From Lama glama (lineage: Eukaryota): DNA of 64,000 nt. The number at the start of each line of letters is the position of its first letter. The stretch's first letter is position 1. This document shows positions 53,223 to 64,000 of the stretch, piece by piece. Location: positions 74,712,001 to 74,776,000 of the forward strand of contig CM052816.1 in the NCBI GenBank assembly GCA_028534125.1, given 5' to 3'. The notes beneath the pieces were generated by a model. That model saw only the letters and a list, made by a program, of their open reading frames with translations, made no database searches and had not been told where the DNA came from. The translations under genes and the position numbers were made by a program.

Positions 53223-54097
53223 TATCTGGATGGGGATGTGGAGTAGGTAGCCAGCCATAAGATTCAAAATGGCTTCTTAGGAAGCAAAGGGTGCTGGAAG
53301 AGACAGATTTTCTTAGACAACAGAGGGTGGGAAACAGACAGGCTGAGTAAACATGTTGGGTTTCTCTTTTTAATTGAACCACTTACATACACAGTAGTTT
53401 TCACCTGGGAACATGGTAACTTTGCTAGACCTCCTATTATTAGGGCACACAAGGGAAACAGAGAGAGTGGCCTGCCTGGGTATTCAGAGAAAAGGCTGGA
53501 ACCCCCTGATATCTGGACAAGATATTGTCTTGAGAAAGACCCAGGAAGATAGTCAGAGCACGTTGTTTTGTATTCAACAAATTTGCACACCTCAGGATTA
53601 GGTCTGCAAAACAACTTGATAGGTTCTCACCTGACCTTTTATTAACTATTCTGTGAAATTCAGGTAGGTATGTGTGATTTCAGACCATGCTTCAGTATCC
53701 TTCTGTCAATTGCAACCCTCTTATGGCTTTGTGATCTCAAATCTTGCTAATGTTAAGATGGCTTTTTTATGGATATATTTCAGTAGATCTATGTAATTTT
53801 CTCTTCTTAGCTCTTTGTAGCTGGCTAGAGTCTATATGATGCTAGCAATTTCCATGTCTCAGTATGACAGATGGTTCTTTCAGCTCAAATTCTACAGTGA
53901 ATCCTTTTGAGACATAGCAAAGACCAGCTTTATTTAGACTTGTGAAGCTGTTGTAGCCACTGGTCTTCTGTCTTTATGAAAAATAATTTTCCATTTCTTC
54001 CATCATGAAAAATTTTAATTCTACATTGTCTGTATCTTTTTGAGAAAAATCAGTGGCTGGCTTTCTGAGGCCAAATTAGAAGAATGATAATTTTAAA

Positions 54098-54963
54098 ATT
54101 TATTTATTTTTTGGGCTTTCTAAGGGGAAGGAATTCAGCTTGTTTGTTTGTTTGTTTAAAATGGAGGTACTGGGGATTGTTGTTGGTTCCCTAAAATAGT
54201 TTTAAAAAGAAAGCTTGGTGATATTTGACCAATATAATCTCTGAGGAAGTATTCCACTCCAACCCCTTCCCAATGATATTTTCTGGCCTTTTTGGTATTT
54301 GGGCAGAAGAAGAAGGATCTATAATGACATAATAAATGATACACTTTTAAAAGACTCTTGTGAAATACTAAAGTATCTTTCCAAACCAGACAGGGCTACT
54401 TACACATTATTCATGTCAGTAAGAATATTTAAATGGAAACTTTTCTGAGGATCCAGATGGATGCTTCATGAATTATATCTCATAAAATAAAAAAATTTAA
54501 TTCAGTTCTAATGGTTTTCACATGGCCAAGTGATGCATTTTCAAATTTGGGTACAATCTGTAAAATACCGTAATGTTCATGCTTGGATGATGATCAGTGA
54601 TTAGAAGGGAAAGGCAGAAACACTTAAGTCTCACCTGAGGAGCTTTTCAAAAGAGCAGATTCCCCACCTTCTGCCAAAAATTGTTACCATTATATCTAGA
54701 GAGGTACAAATCCACATGCAACAAGCACTGCAGATGATTCTGATGCATATGGTCCCTGCTTTGAGTTACACCAGAGGAAACTCCACCTGGTGTAAAGAGT
54801 CCAAAGTGCCTATTTTGCTTTTCCATTTAATTTTTCAGGTCAGTTAGCATGGTTTCATCCTTTTCTTCAGGGCTATTAAATCAGAACACCCATAGGTGTG
54901 ACCCCAAAAGAGATCATTTTAAATGCTCTCCAGGGAGTCACCACTGAGATATACCCTCCCCCC
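54098..54963 (-). mobile_element. Split Vic-1-like SINE: 3' part 54098-54179, 5' part 54940-54963, ~760 bp non-SINE filler between
   Basis: aatggaggtactggggattg on the left and accactgagatataccctcccccc on the right. TSD aatgataatt at 54083-54092 and 54965-54974. Confidence 0.75.
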
Positions 54964-57789
54964 AAATGATAATTATTAAATTATCTCAAATATATTCAAT
55001 AACTAAGAAAAGAAAAAATACGCCTGAAAGGATAAAGGTGAAACATCTAGGAGTAAAAACATTGCATCATCTGTCTGGGGACCAGAGTTAAGTCCCAGCT
55101 TAACTTTAACATTAACTCTTTCTTCTTGGACACAGTCACCTAAAACTTCTGAAAAGTTAAGTTGTATTTGTTCTGCAAACTACAGAATATTAGAAGTTAT
55201 TATGTAAGTCTATGTATGTATGTAATTGCAAGCTGAAGCTCTCTCTTTGGAAAACCTTGGACTAGGTACTAAGGACTTGGAATCTCAGGCAACAGTCAAT
55301 GTTCATTAACACATCCACAATCCACCTAATTCAAAGTCTCCCCAACTTTCAGATACTAGATAGTGACATGGTGAGGTTTGATATCTAGGGGAGAGGAAAT
55401 AAGAAATCATTCTGCTTTTGTTATTTGTTTGTTTGTTCCTCATTATAAGTCCTGGTTTTCATTTTATAGAAGGGGTGTTTGGTAATGAGTCCCTTAGAGG
55501 AAGTAGCATGTGTCCTTATCTATCCCCAGGAACTAATGGGCTACTCAGTAAGTAGTTGAAAGCACGAATATGTGAATATATGCATGAACATACTTTGGAG
55601 ACCAAAATTCTAGAAGCTTCTCTGTGATCCATGTCCTTTGAAAATCTCCTGTCCAAGGTTTATTATGAAACATGAAACCAGGGACTTGAAGAATGGAATA
55701 TTTCTTATTTTTCTTTTGTTTAAACTTCACTTTTTGAACAGTGAAGGACAAAGGAGAGAGGAGAAAGATGAAGAAAAAGAAGAGAGGGTGGAATTGGGAA
55801 AAACACTCTGGAATGCTGTATACATGGTCAAAAGAGGAAAAAAGCTAGACTCCAGATGGTGCATCAGAGTGGCATTACCACTAACTCTCCCAAGACTTCA
55901 AATCCAAGTCTCTTCAAATCCCCATTACTTCAAATCCAAGTCTCTTTTCTTTTAAGAATAATGAAAATGTTGTACTGATGACATGATCAAGACTAATCCA
56001 GTTTAAATATCAATTTTGCAAAGACAATTTAGAAACAAAAACAATTCTATCCAGATTCCTCATTCCCATGGCTAGTCAAACTTTTCCTAGGTTTAAATTA
56101 TAGCACAGGAGAGAGCAATATTTATAGCTGACTTTGTCATTGTGGGAACACATGTAACCTCAGCCTCAAGGGATGCTGGGACTTCAGAGGCAAGCTGGAA
56201 TAAGGGAACTAGAGAGAAATGTGAACCAGGCTACTTGTGGTTGTCTTTGCAAAAGCATTTAGCCTTCAGTTGTTTTAGTGCAATAAGCATCCAGTTACAG
56301 TGATGACCATGGGGAGCTTAAGTACTGAATACTCCCATTTGATTTTATTATTGTTGTTTATATGTTGTAAAATGGATGAGTTCAGTGAAAGTCCTTAAAA
56401 TTATGAGATGGAGTTAAATGAAATGCACATTGGATTTTAAAAGCTGCACCTAATTACCCATGAATATCTCCCCAGAAGTCTCTTTTTAGTAGCACAAGAA
56501 AAAACTCCTTTAGGTTTATGGACAATGGTAGCCATTACAGTCCATTATAGAGTAAAATTAGCACTTAAGTAAAATTTTGTCATTTTACGGAATCCTAAGG
56601 AGTCTATGGTGTTTCTGGTTATCAAAGAAGATTTTGCAAAGTCAACTATGCTGTTGGCACCATGGACATAAAATTAGATCCTGAAATGTAGCTAGACTTG
56701 CTGCTACCATAACTCTAGCAAAAGGAAATCTTTTCAGAGGTTAAAAAAAATACAAAAGGAAGAAATAGTTTTCAAATCTAAAAGTAATAAAATTTGACAA
56801 TTACTACCAAGAGAAAATTAAGAAAATGAAACTTTTTGTTTGCTCTTGATCATAACATGAAGAAGGTTGCTCCTGAGGAAAACTGTCTGAATTCCTTTCT
56901 TTAATTTCTCAGCAAATAGAAAATGTTGTAATTGTGAGCAGTCAGGTAATAATAGCAATTAAAAATTAACTATAGCATTTAAATAAGAACTGATCCAAAC
57001 CTGCTACTGGAAATTCTGGACTTCCCTTTTAAAATCTTTCTTTTCAAAGGTGAATTTCTACTGAGGGTTGGATTCTTAGCATTCCCTTGCAGAAGTATTT
57101 CAATTAAAGATAGGAATTTATGCCTTTGGCTGAATTACCCTTGACCTTTCTAAATTAAATCCATAGAATAGGAACAGCTCTTTTCACCCCGGGACATATT
57201 GAACCTGGTGTCAAATCTAAGTTAAATCTAACATTCTATTGTAATTCCAAAATGTATCTAAACCATCTCTTTGAGAGACAAATGGAGGAAAAATGAGAAT
57301 GTATTTCAGGCAATACTTTGTCAAAAGTTCAGCACTTTAAAAAGAACTTGAACCCCCCAGAACCTAGATGGAAAATTCCTGAATAGGGCCTGTGCCACTA
57401 CAATGTCCTGATGCCCAGTAAGACATATCAGCTACTGCAGTTGGGTCAGTAGTAGGAGTTCCTAAAAATGAAATTTTAGAAGAGTTTTGTTACATCTCAT
57501 AAATCGAAGACACTATTGAAGTCTGTCCAGTTTGTTGTGCTCCAAGGGCTACCAAAATATTACGTTGTTCATCTGCCTTAACCTTTTGTCATTTGAGGAG
57601 TAATTTGGTTTGTTCTAATTCTGATATCCCAATGAACTCTGAATAACAAAATGTTATAGAGGCCACATCAAATCTGGCATGTTTGGAGCATGATAATAAG
57701 TAAGAAATACCTTCTGGCTACCTCATGTGTGTGTGTTTCTGTGAAAACTATATCATATGAACCTTTGAGGTCACTGAGCCCAATTCACC

Positions 57790-58020
57790 ACCAAATCCAG
57801 GGATCCTCTCAGCAGCAACCCTTGGCTTATTGTTTCCAAGTCTGCTTAGAAAACCTCAGTGAAGGGGAGTTTATCTACTCCTCAAGTGATTCATTATACT
57901 TTTGCAGACCAGAGAATATTAATGTTAATAAAATAAATTAATAAATATTAATAAGGTAAATTTTATTTGCTCATTCATGTTGAGCTGAAATCCTCCTCCT
58001 GCTAACTTTCATCCTATAAT
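57790..58020 (-). mobile_element. L3/CR1 3' remnant
   Basis: ctgcttagaaaacctcagtgaaggggagttt, tgttgagctgaaatcctcctcctgctaactttcatcc. Confidence 0.55.
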
Positions 58021-58235
58021 CTTGACAAGAAAATAAATGGTGTTTAGTTTTCAAAAATGCAAGCAATGTTCTTTTGTGCTTGCTCCTTCTCCTTCATCTT
58101 CTTTCAGAATTGTTTAATTTGCATATAACTCCTGTGTAATTACAGAATTTACTAAAAGCAGTGCCAGATATTGATAGAAAGAGCAGTATGGCAGTGCATC
58201 TCAAAGCTAGAGAGTGACAGACTTTGGCAATATGC

Positions 58236-58440
58236 ATGGTGCTTGGAAGCATAGCATCTTGGGCAAGGCCACCCTATTTTGAATCCCAGCTCTGCCCCTT
58301 ACTAGCTAGGTATGCTCTGATGCATTACTTAACCTCACTGTGCTTCAGTTAAATAGAGCTATTACTGTCTACCTCATAGTGTTGGGAGGATCAACAGAGC
58401 TATCTCTAAAACATTTGGAACAATGCCTTGCTTATAAAAA
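58236..58440 (+). mobile_element. MIR SINE
   Basis: tttgaatcccagctctgccccttactagct...ttacttaacctcactgtgcttcagtt...ctacctcatag. Confidence 0.8.
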
Positions 58441-60449
58441 TAACACTTTGGCTCAATGTGAAGAAAAATGGTAACAATCAAAAGAGAAAAGTACATTTCC
58501 TGGCACGAATAGAAATTTGAACAGAAGTGGGACACCTGCTTTTTCGGATTGAGAGTCTTGCATCATGTACCTGTTTGAATTAAGACTGAATTAAGGCACT
58601 TCCCAAATTTAAAATCTCAATTTAACTATAACTAATTCAAGGTAAATTCTTGAAAGGCCAGGCTTGTAACACTTGACCTGTAACCGTTTAAAATATGGAA
58701 GGATTGGCAACAATGACACCTACAGTTCCATTTCATGCTTTAGGCCTTCTTTATTTGGGCTTTGTGATCATCCAGACATTGGAAAATCCCTGTTGATGGG
58801 AAAGAATGGTGTGTAGAGCAATGAGGAGGAACCATGCATGTACTTAAGGAAGTTCAGGTGCCTTAATATGGGCCTGGTGAATGGCCACGTCTGTTTACAC
58901 CAGCAGGTCTGGCAGCTATGAGATAATTGTTCTGAAAGAAACAAAGCTTCATTTTTTAAAGTATATTCTATAATTTATCAACTTTGTCACTGAATTTAGC
59001 TTTTTTGCCTTCCCAGAGCACAAAAATAGCAATATTAATAAAAAGAGATATTCTACACTGTTTTTTTTTTCCATACAGTTTTGGCAAACTCTGTGGATAT
59101 CCTCTTTCAACAACTTGTCTAGACCTCTCAACATTTTCTACTAATTTCACACTCCCATGCAGAGCCTTGGTGGTGTCATCAAGCTGATTTATTTTCCTTG
59201 CAGCTGCATTTCCAAATAATTCCATCCCATTCAGCAGGTGCCACAGGTGGCTTCTGATTTCTCAGGTTTGGAAATAGGCCTCCTGTGAGATAACAAAGGT
59301 TCCTGTGGCTGGCTGCAAGATTCCCTTTTGCAGTGGATTCTTAAGACTCAAATATTCTTCACCATTTGGCAAAGCAGACAGACAGTCTATAGTAGCTATT
59401 TGGTTTTCTAATCAGCGGAACAGGTTGTTTCAGTACAAGAAGGAGCTGTGGTCTGAGGTTGTGCATAAAATATATTTTCCATTTGCTACTGAGAGATGAA
59501 TGAGTACCTGAATGGGAATGAAGAATTAAGTCCTACAGCTTTTCTACTGAATTGCCAGTCGGTAACCTTTTCTTATGAAGGGTATATAAATTAGGAATGT
59601 GTTCTTAATTTTCTATGGTTTATTTTCTTCTCTCATGCCTGTCAGGACAGAACTTTGGAACTTATACATTGTGTTGATATTATCAGAGGAGATACAAGTG
59701 ATGAAGATTCCAGATTAATCCCTGTTCTTAGAAACCAGACAGAAGGAAGGCGATCTGCAGGAGGCCAACTTCAGTTTCTAGACAAAATGAGGTTATTCTG
59801 AAATCTCATTCCAAATGTCTGCAACTAGCAGTAAAAGAAGACATGCCTGTGGTGCCCACAGCTATGTCCCTTTAGGATCATTGCTGCAATTTGTATTCAC
59901 CAAAAGGCACTCATGAACACTACATGGGGGCCCGTTTTTAACAGAGCCAAGATTAATAACACCAAGATTAAAGGTCATGAAAAAGTAACATTGGATGTTG
60001 AGAAGTCACGCACAACCCAAGTTCCCTGGCCTGAGGGAGTTTGGCTGCCCAGTGAGCCTAGTTAGCAACCAAGTTTTGTGTTTAGGTTTGTCTTCAAAGT
60101 TAGCATAATGCTTCACATGAGTAGAATAATCTTTCACCAAATAATGCCCAGTAATTTTCTGAATTATCATTATTTCCTCTTTTGTCACTTGTTCATCCCT
60201 TTTGTCTTTATACTGCTGGTTGGTCCCTTGGTTCAAGTAAAGATTATGAAATAACAGAATTTCCCCTGTGAAAATCCCCCAAACAAATCTAAGAAAATAT
60301 TCAAAAGAATAATGAATCATATGTGAAAACTGGTTGGTTATAACAGGGAAAATAATTCATTTAGAGAAATAATGCTGTGATGGTTGATTGGTCAGTAGCT
60401 AGCCCAATCCACAAAGGCCTACCTTTCATATTTCCAAACTACTTTTAAC

Positions 60450-60580
60450 TCATTCAATCAACAACTAGTTATTGAGTATTTGTGGTGTGTCAGGCACTGT
60501 GCTGAGCACTGAGGACAATATAATGAGTGAAAAACTGCCACTGTCCTCAAAGAGTTTCTAGCTTACTGGGGAGACAAGTA
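60450..60580 (-). mobile_element. L2 3' end
   Basis: cattcaatcaacaactagttattgagtatttgtggtgtgtcaggcactgtgctgagcactgagga. Confidence 0.8.
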
Positions 60581-60899
60581 CCAGACAACAAACTACGTTT
60601 CAGAGGCAGATTCAAAATCTGAATTTTCTCTTCATACCTTTATGACATGGTTAATCAAAATGAGTCTTCATTTCCTGGCCTGAGCTCATTGCTTTTTAGA
60701 GAAAATGAAGAACAAACTTCTGAAACTGTTAACCTCTGCTAGTGACCTTTGAGGATCACAGCAAATGGAAATACTATTGGAAGACTCAAGATGGGGAGAT
60801 ATCTTCGGGTTATCAAAAAGACTAAGATGTCATTTCTATAAAATACTAACTAATAAGGTGATGTCAATCTCAAGTAAGCTTTTAGGAAGCATTAGTGAA

Positions 60900-61340
60900 G
60901 AAATAGTTGGTGAGCACCTGGGAGTGAAAGCAGAGATTACTACTAGGGGTTCACCAAAAAGTGACAAAATCCTATTTTGATAAGATTATTTGATTAACAA
61001 GGCAGAGAAAAGCAATCGATGGAAATCTAAATTTTATGAAGATGTGTGACAAAATCTACCATTATAACATTGTGTTTAAACAAAAGATGGGATAATATGG
61101 TACTGTTTAAGTTACAATTCACCCAACTGAATCAATTTTTTAAAATCAAAGCATCTAAGCTTACTGCAGGATTCTGTCTTAACCAGTATTTATCATGACT
61201 TGGAGAAGATATAGAAGGTATGCTCATCCAATTTAAGGATGAAGAAAATCAAATATGAAGGAATAGATAGTATTGAATGACAGATTCAAGAGCTCTAAAG
61301 ATTTTCACAGGCTATAAGGAAACAGACAAATCAAGGCTAT
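60900..61340 (+). mobile_element. L3/CR1 reverse-transcriptase remnant
   Basis: ggggttcaccaaaa (GFTK), caggattctgtctt (QDSVL, similar to QGSVL), tttatcatgacttgg, atgctcatccaattt (MLIQF), gacagattcaag. Confidence 0.7.
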
Positions 61341-61960
61341 TAGAAAGAAGATGACATATATGTGTGACAGATTAAAATTACCTAACACAAGGATATCATG
61401 TGATCCTCAAAGTAGAAGCTGTAATAAATGTAAAAAGAAATATATGTAGCCTTAAATTATATTGTTCATTTCTTGAAACAAGGGGCTAAATTTTTCTTTG
61501 CATTATGTTCCAGGAAAAATTGAAGCAGAAAGTTGCATACCAAAACACATTCTAATTACTGAATGTCAAAGTTAATTTCAAGAGAAAGTTAGATATCAAC
61601 ATATTCTAGTTATTGAACTTCAAAAAAGATAAGTCATCTTCAAGTGGGAAGAATCAGGCTGGCTCAGTTTTCTCTCTAGTGATGCTCAGTTCTCAAAGAC
61701 AAAGTATAATTGTCCCCAAATCTGAGAAAATTTGACTCAAGAATCTTAATGTCAGCCAAATTGTTGGGAGAGTATAAAGGCAGAGAACCTTCATTCTCAG
61801 ACATGAACAATATTAAGAAACCTCACACCTGTTAGTTCCTCTTGAAAATAAAATCTAACTAACTAAAATGTTATTTAAAATAAAGAACCCAATTTGGGAA
61901 TGGATGAAGAAAGGACTGAGTGTGAGCAGTGAATTTATTTAAACATAAAACCTATGAATA

Positions 61961-62067
61961 GTGTTTGCTTCGGCAGCACACATGCTAAAATTAAAATGAT
62001 ACAGAGAAGATTAGCATGGTCCCTGCGCAAGGATGACACGCAAATTTGTGAAGTGTTCTGTATTTTT
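61961..62067 (+). pseudogene. RNU6: Full-length U6 snRNA retrocopy (5' half of a U6/L1 chimera)
   Basis: 107 nt collinear with U6 (ACAGAGAAGATTAGCATGG, CAAGGATGACACGCAAATT, terminal TTTTT). About 12 transitions versus the recalled canonical U6. No obvious PSE upstream. Confidence 0.95.
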
Positions 62068-62285
62068 AAATTGGGAATTTGAGATTTTCAGATTCTAATA
62101 TATATAAAATAGATATACAAAAAGTTCATACTGTATAGCACAGGGAACTATATTCAATATCTTGTAACTTACAATGAAAAAGAACATGAAAATGAATATA
62201 TGTATGTTCACATATGACTGAAGCATTATGCGGTACACCAGAAATTGACACAACATTGTAAACTGACTATACTTCAATAAGAAAA
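62068..62285 (+). mobile_element. Young L1 3' end fused directly to U6
   Basis: aaattgggaatttgagatt...ctgtatagcacagggaactatattcaatatcttgtaa...acaacattgtaaactgactatacttcaataa. Confidence 0.92.
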
Positions 62286-62424
62286 GAATATAGATGTTAT
62301 AAATTCTTTAGACTTAAAGCAGAATTAGGGTAAAGATATATAATTTTAAGTTGAAGGATACGTAATCTACTTTTATTTTTTAAATGTTTTAGATTTATTT
62401 TTATTGGTTAGTTTTTATTTTTCA

Positions 62425-62813
62425 TTAATGTCCTGTTTTAAAAAAGTAGTTTTAGGTTTACAAGAAAATTGGGCAGAAAGCACAGAGTATTCTAATATAC
62501 TCCTCCCACTAAATACACAGTTTCCATTATTTTTAACATCTGTGTATTAGTGTGGTTCATTTGTGACAATTGATGAGCCAATATTGATAGATTACTATTA
62601 ACTAAAGTCCCTAATTTACATTAGGGTTCACTCTTGGTGTACATTCTATGGGTTTTGACAAACATAATGATATGCATTCCCCATTATGGAATCATATAGA
62701 ATAGTTTCATTGCCCTTAAAATTCTCTGTGCTCATTTATTCTTCCTTCTCATATCCCTCCCCTCTGCCCACTGACAAACACTGATCTTTTACTGTTCCAT
62801 AGTTTTGTCTTTT
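62425..62813 (-). mobile_element. L1MC1-like 3' end
   Basis: gtagttttaggtttacaagaaaattgggcagaaag...ttacattagggttcactcttggtg...cactgatctttttactgtt. Confidence 0.85.
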
Positions 62814-62827
62814 CATATAATATTTTA

Positions 62828-62887
62828 TTTCAGGGGGTGGGGTTTATATATTTAACGGAGGTACTGAGGATTGAACTATAACACCCC
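62828..62887 (-). mobile_element. 60-bp internally deleted Vic-1-like SINE
   Basis: Minus strand ggggtgttatagttcaatcctcagtacctccgttaaatatataaacc. Perfect 14-bp TSD catataatatttta at 62814-62827 and 62888-62901. Confidence 0.8.
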
Positions 62888-64000
62888 CATATAATATTTT
62901 AAAGCAGTAATTTAATTGATGCTGCCTAAAATTAAAACATGTATTAAAAAATTCATGTGGCTTCCACTCCTAAAAGTTATTTCGTTTTCCTAACTTTAGA
63001 AGAAGTTGTCTTTATATAAAGCAATACGTCAAATGTAATTCTTTTCCTTTTTAAAGTTCAAAAATATTTTTATATTGTTGATTTTAAAATAGTATGCATA
63101 GTATGACTATACTTCTATTAATTTTTTTCTGAATATATATAGCTATTATTTACTCAACTACACATACACAGATATATATTTGGAATCATGTTAAACAAAT
63201 ATCATAAAGCATTCTAGGATATTGAAATTTGGGATAATTTATAGCTGCTTTTTAGGTGATTTATAGATGTTTTTCTTCATGTATATGTAATATACATTTA
63301 TATTTTTAATGAGTTATTTTTAAAAAGTAAATAAAATTTATTAAAACAAATATAATGAAATTATGTAAGATGTTTCATCTGGGTCAAAATGCATCTTATA
63401 ACTACAAGATAAAGAAGTGAAGGCTAAGAAGCTTAATAAATACTTTAACTATAGATAAAAGTGAAGTTAATGAGTATACCTCATAAGTTTAATAAAATTA
63501 TAGTCTGTATTAATAATGTCAAAATGAGGAAGTCCCTGTGTGTTCTAAAGACCACATCTGCAATTTTGAGTTCAGTTGTAGATGCAAATTCAAATGTTTT
63601 CAGAAAAAGAATTAACAGGTAGTCATTAACAGAGTCATTAACTACGGAGAGAAATAATTTGATTTGGTGATACAAAATGTTCCTGAAAGGACTCTCCACC
63701 ATTGATATCTAGGCATAAGTTGGTCCACCTTTTGGCAGGGATATTGTAGTAAGAATGCAAATGTCAGGCAGATTATAAGAGTGAAAGATCTGTAAGTCTT
63801 CAAAATGTTATCAGTTTTAACACCTGAGTCTGGAAACAAGCAGAGACAATGCGATGACCACAGTGTTTCCACAATCAAATAAGTCCATTGCAAGCCATAC
63901 TGATGTTACTTTGGGAATCATCAAGTGTGAACCATCAGCATTTCAACAAGCAGTTGTTAGCCATCCTCACTCACTCCAAATGTTTGGGAAGATTTTTCTT

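Noticed and set aside
54766..54795. Hairpin ttacaccag...ctggtgtaa
   Set aside because: A 9-bp stem is within chance expectation and has no other support.
61961..62067. Functional U6 gene
   Set aside because: About 12 substitutions, L1 fusion and no obvious upstream Pol III promoter elements indicate a retrocopy.
63481..63893. Two overlapping minus-strand ORFs (73 and 83 aa)
   Set aside because: No recognisable motif or clear splice frame. Could be UTR or an ancient repeat and cannot be called.

Overview
Gene-poor, AT-rich, repeat-dense mammalian genomic DNA with one 500-N assembly gap (23961-24460). A tRNA-derived SINE matching the camelid Vic-1 family and cetartiodactyl-type L1 3' ends point to a camelid genome (inference). 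I recognise no intact protein-coding gene. The long ORFs come from microsatellites, N runs or transposon fossils (L1 ORF1/ORF2, Tigger1 transposase). Much of the window is L1, L2, L3/CR1, MIR, MaLR/ERV LTRs and hAT/Tigger DNA transposons, often nested. The most notable structures are retrotransposition oddities: a Vic-1 SINE whose middle is replaced by ~760 bp of unrelated old DNA inside one target-site duplication (TSD), a 60-bp internally deleted Vic-1 broken at the same T-loop position, a U6/L1 chimeric retrocopy, a two-LTR composite flanked by a 16-bp duplication, and two twin-primed inverted L1s. A few exon-like segments are weak candidates only. Repeat family names come from recalled consensus sequences rather than a database search, and boundaries are approximate unless a TSD is given. 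I found no evidence of a new multi-gene system.
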